A DNA stretch of 24,507 nt from Macrostomum lignano (lineage: Eukaryota), in the NCBI GenBank assembly GCA_002269645.1, contig NIVC01005156.1, positions 1-24,507 on the forward strand, read 5' to 3'. Position 1 is the stretch's first letter. Every line of letters begins with the position of its first letter. Positions 1 to 8,735 of the stretch are shown one piece after another. Below the pieces are notes generated by a model, which searched no databases, was not told the DNA's origin, and was given only the letters and a program-made list of their open reading frames with translations. A program made the position numbers and the translations under genes.

Positions 1-1058
1 TGGCTCTTTAATGTTCTTCATGGTGGCTCTTTAATATTCTACATAGGCTCTTTAATGTTCTTCATGGTGGCTCTTTAATATTCTACATGGTGGCTCTTTT
101 ATGTTCGACATGGTGGCTTTTTAATGTTTAAAATGGTGGCTCTTTTTGTTTGAAATGGTGGCTCTTTTATGTTTGACATGGTGGTCTTTTACTGTTTGAA
201 ATGGTGGCTCTTTAATGTTCTACATGGTAACTCTTTTATGTTTGATACGGTGGCTTTTTAATGTCTGACATGGTGCCTCTTTTATGTTTGACATGGTGGC
301 TCTTCTTTGTTTGACATGGTGGCTCTTTATTGTTTGACATGGTGGCTCTTTAATGTTTGACATGGTGGCTCTTTTATGTTTGACACGGCGGCTCTCTAAT
401 GTTTAACAAAGTGGCTATTTAATGTTCGAAATAGTGGCTCTTTAAAGTTTGACATAAAGTCACATATATGTTTGACATGGTGGCTCTTTATTGTTTGACA
501 TGGTGGCTCTTTAATGTTTAACCTGGTGGCTCTTTGATGTTTGACACGGCGGCTCTCTAATGTTTGACAAAGTGGTTATTTAATGTTCGAAATAGTGGCT
601 CTTTAAAGTTTGACATAAAGTCACATATATGTTTGACATGGTGGCTCTTAAATGTTTGACATGGTGGCTCTTAAATGTTTGACATGGTGGCTCTTAATGT
701 TTGACATGGTGGCTCTTTAATGTTCTTCATGGTGACTCTTAAATGTTGACATGGTGGCTCTTTAATGTTCTTCTTGTGGCTCTTTAATGTTCTTCATGGT
801 GGCCTCTTAAATATTCTAAATGGTGGCTCTTTTATGTTCAAACATGGTGGCTTTTTAATGTTTGAAATGGTGGCTCTTTTGTTTGACATGGTGGCTCTTT
901 ACTGTTTGAAATGGTGGCTCTTTAATGTTCTACATGGTAACTATTTTATGTTTGATACGGTGGCTTTTTAATGTCTGACATGGTGGCTCTTTTATGTTTG
1001 ACATGGTGGCTCTTCTTTGTTTGACATGGTGCTCTTCTATGTTTGACATTGCGCTTCT
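1..1058. repeat. Satellite A array (23-bp monomer ACATGGTGGCTCTTTAATGTTTG), truncated by window start
   Basis: Direct 23-bp periodicity, about 45 monomers with variant units. Confidence 0.95.
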
Positions 1059-1119
1059 ACCAGGTATTATGTTTAGCAGTTTTGTTGTGTTTTAAGGTGT
1101 TTTGATAAAAAAAATCCTT

Positions 1120-1190
1120 TTGCACTACTAAGATTCGAACCCAGGTCGCTACATTAGCATTCCATTCTGTTCGCATCTTGGCGAAGATGC
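1120..1190 (-). pseudogene. tRNA-derived (SINE-head-like) segment in Y1 with B box, altered A box and downstream T8
   Basis: Minus strand reads T-arm CTGGG-TTCGAAT-CTTAG (1128-1144), A-box-like TCGCCAAGATG, and T8 at 1107-1114. No acceptor stem. Confidence 0.5.
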
Positions 1191-1637
1191 GAACTCTTTT
1201 CAATTGGAGAACATGAATTGTGGCCCTTATAATTCAATTCTTACTGCAAGTCAATTGAAGTAAAAAGTTATGACATAATCAATTTCTCAGTCAGCCAGTA
1301 TCAGTCTCAATTTGAGTTAGCAATATTGGTTACGCAATTTAAATCAAGTCGTGTGTGCATTTCTTCGGCACTGTTTTCAACTTGTTGTGATGCAATCTTT
1401 ATCACAATCGGAATTCAGCAGTCAGCTTTTTCTCTAGCATTCTTACAATGCATTTCAAGTCGAAATTTTGCTTGACCTTTGCAAGAAAGCATGTTTTTCG
1501 AATATTTAATCCCTTTCACATTGAGCAATTTCTTAGCTAAGATGCATGTACCGTCCCAGAAAAATTTCTGATCGAATGGTGCAAGTTTGAAGAAAATCGG
1601 TTGAGCCGTTTTTTCTGAAATCAATCGCATACCCATA

Positions 1638-1657
1638 TACATACATACATACATACA
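1638..1657 (+). repeat. (TACA)5 microsatellite next to the Y1 5' end
   Basis: Direct reading. Confidence 0.95.
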
Positions 1658-1664
1658 GACAACT

Positions 1665-1711
1665 CATTTTTAGTATATAGGACTAGCAATCTACGCCCCC
1701 CGTTGGGGAGC
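1665..1711 (-). other. Head-to-tail Helitron junction: X1 3' hairpin plus CTAG fused directly to the Y1 5' TC end
   Basis: Minus strand: GCTCCCCAACGGGGGGC (7-bp stem with one G-T pair, 3-nt loop; 1711-1695), then GTAGATTGCTAG|TCCTATATACTAAAAATG. Junction at 1683/1682. Confidence 0.85.
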
Positions 1712-1902
1712 CAGAGAAATGCAATACACGTTTTTTTAATAAGCTACATGTATCCTTGAAATCTTAAAAAATCTCCTGTCAAACCTTGTAAGCCTTGACA
1801 TGTCAGTAATTCCCCCACAAGCTTTAACATATCAACTTCCCCCTTGACATCTCAGCAATGCCTCCAATAAGCCTTGGAAATCTAAAAATATCTGTCAACC
1901 TT

Positions 1903-1944
1903 CTAACCCTAACCCTAGCCTAACCCTAACCCTAACCTAACCCT
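1903..1944. repeat. Interstitial telomere-like tract, mixed (CCCTAA)/(CCTAA)
   Basis: ctaaccctaaccctagcctaaccctaaccctaacctaaccct; homologous tracts occur in every X copy. Confidence 0.85.
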
Positions 1945-2099
1945 GAAATTGAAATTTCAGTAATTCTCTCTAAGAGTCATTATAGCACTACTACAGCATT
2001 ATAGCGATTCCCTGCAAGCCTCGACATCGTAGGGATTCCCAAATGAATCTCTTAACTTCACATGAAGCTTCTTTTATTTTTTACATTACGCTTTTTTAA

Positions 2100-2125
2100 T
2101 TAGCGATCCCTCCCCTGAGGAGGCA
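2100..2125 (-). other. Internal relic 3' terminus no. 2 (hairpin + CTRR|T)
   Basis: Minus strand: CCTCCTCAGGGGAGG hairpin then GATCGCTAA|T. Reads CTGA|T in X2-X5 (e.g. 5382-5385). Confidence 0.6.
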
Positions 2126-2559
2126 TCAAATAATGTAATAAAAAGTTTTCAATAAACTACATGTAGCTTCTGACTTTAGCCTTGAAATCTCATTTATACC
2201 CCGTGAGCCTTGACATCTCAGCTATTCCCCCCGTAAGCCTTGACATGTCAGCGATGGCCCCCATAAACCTTGAAATCTAAAAAATCCCGTTAACCTTGAA
2301 ACCCGATAAAATATAACCCTCAACCAACACCTTACCTAAACCTAACTTTAACCCAACCTAAAGCCTTGAAATCTCAGCAATTCTTCTCCCCTAAGCCTTG
2401 ACATTTTAGTGATTCCTTCTTTAAGAATCACAGCACTATAACGATTTCCACCAAGCTTTGACATCGTAGCAATTCCCAAATGAATCTTTTAACTTCGACA
2501 TGACTTTTCTATTATGTATACATAGTGCTACTTTTATTTTTTACATGACTCTTCTTCTA

Positions 2560-2581
2560 TCAGCGCCCCCCCGTGGCGAGC
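2560..2581 (-). other. Internal relic 3' terminus no. 3 (degenerate hairpin + CTGA|T)
   Basis: Minus strand GCTCGCCACGGGGGGGC aligns to the terminal hairpin GCTCCCCAACGGGGGGC. Downstream plus-strand ccaacaaagaatgcaata matches ccaaagaaatgcaata after the true end. Confidence 0.55.
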
Positions 2582-2830
2582 CAACAAAGAATGCAATAAA
2601 AAAATTGAGTAAAGTACATTAACTTTGAATAGCTTCTGACTTTTGCTTTGACATCTCAGAACCCCCCCCCGTAATCTCAGTTATTCTCCGTGAGCCTTTA
2701 CGTCTCAGTTTTTCTCCCTAGCACAGCATTATAGCTGCATTTATTTTTACATGACACCCTTCATGTCTGACATGACGCTTCTTTTATTCTACCATGATGC
2801 TTCTTAATTTTTTAATGACACTTTATTAGT

Positions 2831-4287
2831 TTTTACATGACGCTTCTATGATTTTTTTACATGACGCTTCTATGATTATTTACATGACGCTTCTATGATT
2901 TTTTACATGACGCTTCTATGATTGTTTACATGACGCTTCTCTGATTTTTACATGACGCTTCTATGATTTTTTACATGACGCTTCTATGATTGTTTACATG
3001 ACGCTTCTATGATTTTTACATGACGCTTCTATGATTTTTTACATGACGCTTCTATGATTTTTACATGACGCTTCTATGATTGTTTACATGACGCTTCTAT
3101 GATTTTTACATGACGCTTCTATGATTGTTTACATGACGCTTCTATGATTTTTACATGACGCTTCTATGATTGTTTACATGACGCTTCTATGATTTTTTAA
3201 ATGACGCTTCTATGATTTTTATATGACGCTTCTACGATTTTTACATGACGCTTCTATGATTTTTTACATGACGCTTCTATGATTTTTTACATGACGCTTC
3301 TATGATTTTTACATGACGCTTCATGATTGTTTACATGACGCTTCTATGATTGTTTACATGACGCTTCTATGATTTTTATATGACGCTTCTACGATTTTTT
3401 ACATGACGCTTCTATGATTGTTTACATGACGCTTCTATGATTGTTTACATGACGCTTCTATGATTGTTTACATGACGCTTCTATGATTTTTATATGACGC
3501 TTCTATGATTTTTTACATGACGCTTCTATGATTGTTTACATGACGCTTCTATGATTTTTTACATGACGCTTCTATGATTTTTACATGACGCTTCCATGAT
3601 TGTTTACATGACGCTTCTATGATTGTTTACATGACGCTTCTATGATTTTTATGACGCTTCTATGATTGTTTACATGACGCTTCTATGATTGTTTACATGA
3701 CGCTTCTACGATTTTTTACATGACGCTTCTATGATTGTTTACATGACGCTTCTATGATTGTTTACATGACGCTTCTATGATTTTTACATGACGCTTCTAT
3801 GATTTTTTACATGACGCTTCTATGATTTTTACATGACGCTTCTATGATTTTTACATGACGCTTCTATGATTTTTACATGACGCTTCTACGATTTTTACAT
3901 GACGCTTCTCTGATTGTTTACATGACGCTTCTATGATTTTTTACATGACGCTTCTATTTTTTATGACGCTTCTACGATTTTTTACATGACGCTTCTATGA
4001 TTGTTTACATGACGCTTCTATGATTTTTTAAATGACACTTCTATGATTTTTATATGACGCTTCTATGATTGTTTACATGACGCTTCTGATTGTTTACATG
4101 ACGCTTCTATGATTGTTTACATGACGCTTCTATGATTTTTTAAATGACACTTCTATGATTTTTATATGACACTTCTATGATTGTTTACATGACGCTTCTT
4201 GATTGTTTACATGACGCTTCTATGATTTTTACATGACGCTTCTATGATTTTTAAATGACGCTTCTATGATTTTTACATGACGCTTCT
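2831..4287. repeat. Satellite B array in X1 (22-23-bp monomer ACATGACGCTTCTATGA + TTTTT/TTTTTT/TTGTTT), ~64 monomers
   Basis: Direct periodicity. Confidence 0.95.
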
Positions 4288-4342
4288 TTTAAAAAGTCTT
4301 TTAGTTTTCCTGACGTTGAAAAGCTTTAATTAAAAAAATTAT

Positions 4343-4413
4343 ACTCTATGAAAATTCGAATCATCGTCGCTGCATTTAGCAGTTCAGTTTGTTCACTTCT
4401 AGGCTAGCTCTCA
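4343..4413 (-). pseudogene. tRNA-derived segment in X1 (homologues at ~6970-7037, 10257-10324, 16344-16411, 19571-19638)
   Basis: Minus strand: A-box-like TAGCCTAGA(A/G)GTG, loop CTGCTAA, GCAG-CGAC, GATTCGAAT, then T7 (4332-4338). Aligns to the Y tRNA-like segment. Confidence 0.45.
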
Positions 4414-4530
4414 TCGTTTGATAACATCAAATTTTTCACTTATTTAATTCAACACTTTAAAATCCAAGCATAGAGTAAATCACACGAAGCAGTTATGACA
4501 TAATCAGTTTCTCAGTCAAAACAAAATTTT

Positions 4531-4549
4531 CATTTTTAGTATATAGGAT
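4531..4549 (-). other. Internal mini 5' terminus (A|TCCTATATACTAAAAATG), also ending at 7173, 10460 and 16547
   Basis: Exact 18-nt 5' core preceded on the minus strand by A, matching the Helitron A|T target rule. Absent from X5 and X6. Confidence 0.8.
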
Positions 4550-4871
4550 ATGGTTACGCAATTTAAATCAAGTCTGGTGCTACGCTTCCACACTGCATTT
4601 TCAATTCAAGTCGGAGTTACAATTCAGTTATGATGCAATCTATTTCAGAATCAGAATTCAACCAGTCAGTTTTTTCTCTAGCATTCTTACAATGCATTTC
4701 AAGTCGAAAAGTTTGCTTGACCTTTGCAAAAAAGTATGTTTTTCGAATATTTAATGCCTTTAGCATCGAGCAATTTCTTAGCCACGATGCATGTACCGTC
4801 ACGGGAAAATTTCTGATCGAACAGTGCAAGTTCGAACAAAATCGTCCAGCCATTTTTCTCTAATCGATCAC

Positions 4872-4872
<1 letters not shown>

Positions 4873-4908
<36 letters not shown>
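4873..4908 (+). repeat. (TAGA)9 microsatellite next to the X1 5' end
   Basis: Direct reading. Equivalents: 7500-7535 (9), 13582-13613 (8), 16874-16909 (9), 20090-20121 (8). Confidence 0.95.
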
Positions 4909-5160
4909 CACAGACAGACCATTTTTAGTATATAGGACTAGCAATCTACGCCCCCCGTTGGGGAGCCAAAGAAATGCAATACACGTTTTTTTAATAAGCT
5001 ACATGTATCCTTGAAATCTTAAAAAATCTCCTGTCAAACCTTGTAAGCCTTGACATGTCAGTTATCCCCCCCCACAAGCTTTAACATATCAACTTCCCCC
5101 CTTGACATCTCAGCAATGCCCCCAATAAGCCTTGGAAATCTAAAAATATCTGTCAACCTT

Positions 5161-5228
5161 CTAACCCTAACCCTAGCCTAACCCTAGCCCTAACCCTAAC
5201 CTAACCCTAACCCTAACCTAACCCTAAA
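5161..5228. repeat. Telomere-like tract in X2 (long form)
   Basis: CCCTAA/CCTAA/CCCTAG units. Confidence 0.85.
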
Positions 5229-6117
5229 GCATTGAAATTTCAGTAATTCTCTCTAAGAGTCATTATAGCACTACTACAGCATTATAGCGATTCCCTGCAA
5301 GCCTCGACATCGTAGGATTCCAAATGAATATCTTAACTTCGACATGAAGCTTCTTTTATTTTTTACATTACGCTTTTTTAATCAGCGATCCCTCCCCTGA
5401 GGAGGCATCAAATAATGTAATAAAAAGTTTTCAATAAACTACATGTAGCTTCTGACTTTAGCCTTGAAATCTCATTTATACCCTCGTGAGCCTTGACATC
5501 TCAGCTATTCCCCCCGTAAGCCTTGACATGTCAGCGATGGCCCCCCATAAACCTTGAAATCTAAAAAATCCCGTTAACCTTGAAACCCGATAAAATATAA
5601 CCCTCAACCAACACCTTACCTAAACCTAACTTTAACCCAACCTAAAGCCTTGAAATCTCAGCAATTCTTCTCCCCTAAGCCTTGACATTTTAGTGATTCC
5701 TTCTTTAAGAATCACAGCACTATAACGATTTCCACCAAGCTTTGACATCGTAGCAATTCCCAAATGAATCTTTTAACTTCGACATGACTTTTCTATTATG
5801 TATACATAGTGCTACTTTTATTTTTTACATGACTCTTCTTCTATCAGCGCCCCCCCGTGGCGAGCCAACAAAGAATGCAATAAAAAAATTGAGTAAAGTA
5901 CATTAACTTTGAATTAGCTTCTGACTTTTGCTTTGACATCTCAGAACCCACCCCCCGTAATCTCAGTTATTCTCCGTGAGCCTTTACGTCTCAGTTTTTC
6001 TCCCCAGCACAGCATTATAGCTGCATTTATTTTTACATGACACCCTTCATGTCTGACATGACGCTTCTTTTATTCTACCATGATGCTTCTTAATTTTTTA
6101 AATGACACTTTTATTAG

Positions 6118-6908
6118 TTTTTACATGACGCTTCTATGATTTTTTTACATGACGCTTCTATGATTATTTACATGACGCTTCTATGATTTTTTACATGACG
6201 CTTCTATGATTGTTTACATGACGCTTCTCTGATTTTTACATGACGCTTCTATGATTTTTTACATGACGCTTCTATGATTGTTTACGTGACGCTTCTATGA
6301 TTTTACATGACGCTTCTATGATTTTTTACATGACGCTTCTATGATTTTTACATGACGCTTCTATGATTGTTTACATGACGCTTCTATGATTTTTTTACAT
6401 GACGCTTCTATGATTGTTTACACGACGCTTCTATGATTTTTACATGACGCTTCTATGATTGTTTACATGACGCTTCTATGATTTTTTAAATGACGCTTCT
6501 ATGATTTTTATATGACGCTTCTACGATTTGTTACATGACGCTTCTATGATTTTTTACATGACGCTTCTATGATTTTTTATATGACGCTTCTATGATTTTT
6601 ACATGACGCTTCCATGATTGTTTACATGACGCTTCTATGATTTTTTAAATGACACTTCTATGATTTTTATATGACACTTCTATGATTGTTTACATGACGC
6701 TTCTCTGATTGTTTACATGACGCTTCTATGATTGTTTACATGACGCTTCTATGATTTTTTAAATGACACTTCTATGATTTTTATATGACACTTCTATGAT
6801 TGTTTACATGACGCTTCTCTGATTGTTTACATGACGCTTCTATGATTGTTTACATGACGCTTCTATGATTTTTTAAATGACGCTTCTATGATTTTTACAT
6901 GACGCTTC
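6118..6908. repeat. Satellite B array in X2 (~35 monomers)
   Basis: Direct periodicity; internal deletion relative to sister arrays. Confidence 0.95.
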
Positions 6909-7498
6909 CTTTTTTAAAAGTCTTTTAGTTTTCCTGACGTTGAAAAGCTTTAATTAAAAAAATTATACTCTATGAAAATTCGAATCATCGTCGCTGCATT
7001 TAGCAGTTCAGTTTGTTCACCTCTAGGCTAGCTCTCATCGTTTTGATAACATCAAATTTTTCACTTATTTAATTCAACACTTTAAAATCCAAGCATAGAG
7101 TAAATCACACGAAGCAGTTATGACATAATCAGTTTCTCAGTCAAAACAAAATTTTCATTTTTAGTATATAGGATATGGTTACGCAATTTAAATCAAGTCT
7201 GGTGCTACGCTTCCACACTGCATTTTCAATTCAAGTCGGAGTTACAATTCAGTTATGATGCAATCTATTTCAGAATCAGAATTCAACCAGTCAGTTTTTT
7301 CTCTAGCATTCTTACAATGCATTTCAAGTCGAAAAGTTTGCTTGACCTTTGCAAAAAAGTATGTTTTTCGAATATTTAATGCCTTTAGCATCGAGCAATT
7401 TCTTAGCCACGATGCATGTACCGTCACGGGAAAATTTCTGATCGAACAGTGCAAGTTCGAACAAAATCGGTCCAGCCATTTTTTCTCTAATCGATCAC

Positions 7499-7535
<37 letters not shown>

Positions 7536-7784
7536 CACAGACAGACCATTTTTAGTATATAGGACTAGCAATCTACGCCCCCGTTGGGGAGCCAAAGAAA
7601 TGCAATACACGTTTTTTTAATAAGCTACATGTATCCTTGAAATCTTAAAAAATCTCCTGTCAAACCTTGTAAGCCTTGACATGTCAGTATCCCCCCCACA
7701 AGCTTTAACATATCAACTTCCCCCCTTGACATCTCAGCAATGCCCCCAATAAGCCTTGGAAATCTAAAAATATCTGTCAACCTT

Positions 7785-7851
7785 CTAACCCTAACCCTAG
7801 CCTAACCCTAGCCCTAACCCTAACCTAACCCTAACCCTAACCTAACCCTAA
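7785..7851. repeat. Telomere-like tract in X3 (long form)
   Basis: As in X2. Confidence 0.85.
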
Positions 7852-8735
7852 AGCATTGAAATTTCAGTAATTCTCTCTAAGAGTCATTATAGCACTACTA
7901 CAGCATTATAGCGATTCCCTGCAAGCCTCGACATCGTAGGGATTCCCAAATGAATATCTTAACTTCGACATGAAGCTTCTTTTATTTTTACATTACGCTT
8001 TTTTAATCAGCGATCCCTCCCTGAGGAGGCATCAAATAATGTAATAAAAAGTTTTCAATAAACTACATGTAGCTTCTGACTTTAGCCTTGAAATCTCATT
8101 TATACCCCGTGAGCCTTGACATCTCAGCTATTCCCCCGTAAGCCTTGACATGTCAGCGATGGCCCCCATAAACCTTGAAATCTAAAAAATCCCGTTAACC
8201 TTGAAACCCGATAAAATATAACCCTCAACCACACCTTACCTAAACCTAACTTTAACCCAACCTAAAGCCTTGAAATCTCAGCAATTCTTCTCCCCTAAGC
8301 CTTGACATTTTAGTGATTCCTTCTTTAAGAATCACAGCACTATAACGATTTCCACCAAGCTTTGACATCGTAGCAATTCCCAAATGAATCTTTTAACTTC
8401 GACATGACTTTTCTTTATGTATACATAGTGCTACTTTTATTTTTTACATGACTCTTCTTCTATCAGCGCCCCCCCCGTGGCGAGCCAACAAAGAATGCAA
8501 TAAAAAAATTGAGTAAAGTACATTAACTTTGAAGTAGCTTCTGACTTTTGCTTTGACATCTCAGAACCCCCCCCCCGTAATCTCAGTTATTCTCTGAGCC
8601 TTTACGTCTCAGTTTTTCTCCCCAGCACAGCATTATAGCTGCATTTATTTTTACATGACACCCTTCATGTCTGACATGACGCTTCTTTTATTCTACCATG
8701 ATGCTTCTTAATTTTTTAAATGACACTTTCATTAG

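Larger units (their letters stand above)
1..1682 (-). mobile_element. Non-autonomous Helitron, family Y, copy Y1 (5' part only; 3' end lies left of the window)
   Basis: Minus strand begins TCCTATATACTAAAAATGAGTTG at 1682, followed by (TGTA)5, a ~450-bp arm, a tRNA-like segment and satellite A. Colinear with the complete copy at 10461-13255. Confidence 0.8.
1683..4937 (-). mobile_element. Non-autonomous Helitron, family X, copy X1 (3255 bp)
   Basis: 5' TC at 4937, hairpin 1695-1711, 3' CTAG at 1683-1686. Internal second 5' terminus at 4548. No Rep/helicase ORF. Confidence 0.85.
4938..7564 (-). mobile_element. Non-autonomous Helitron X2 (2627 bp; shortened satellite)
   Basis: CTAG at 4938-4941, hairpin 4950-4966, 5' TC at 7564. 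Near-identical to X1, X3 and X4. Confidence 0.85.

Noticed and set aside
765-971. 68-aa ORF with repeated FDMVAL/WWLFNV motifs
   Set aside because: Translation of satellite A; stop-free by chance of monomer sequence.
1796-1805. Palindrome TGACATGTCA resembling a p53 half-site
   Set aside because: Only 8/10 match, a single half-site, and explainable as a variant of the local CCTTGACATCTCAG repeat.
2831-4287. Possible CRISPR array (short direct repeats)
   Set aside because: Repeats are contiguous with no unique spacers, there are no cas genes, and the context is a eukaryotic TE.
4399-4408. Internal CTAG motifs (ctaggctagc) as extra 3' ends
   Set aside because: No adjacent GC hairpin at the right spacing; they lie in the A-box-like segment.
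1683-4937. Classification as Helentron/DINE-1 (HINE) or MITE
   Set aside because: Ends are TC and hairpin-CTAG at A|T with no TSD, and no terminal or subterminal inverted repeats were seen. This fits canonical Helitron-type ends, although central satellite arrays are also known from Helentron-associated elements.
4617-4944. Recurring 70-122-aa ORFs on both strands (also at 1415, 7242, 12901-13588, 16616, 19833)
   Set aside because: They recur only because the 5' arm is repeated. Frames differ between copies, they include microsatellite-derived SIYL runs, and no Rep HUH or helicase motifs are present.
5161-5228. True telomere or chromosome-fusion site
   Set aside because: Short, impure, single orientation, and located at a fixed position inside each transposon copy.
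5300-5330. Single-base length differences in C, G and T runs between X copies (e.g. gtaggattcc versus gtagggattccc)
   Set aside because: Consistent with long-read homopolymer error; not used as evolutionary markers.
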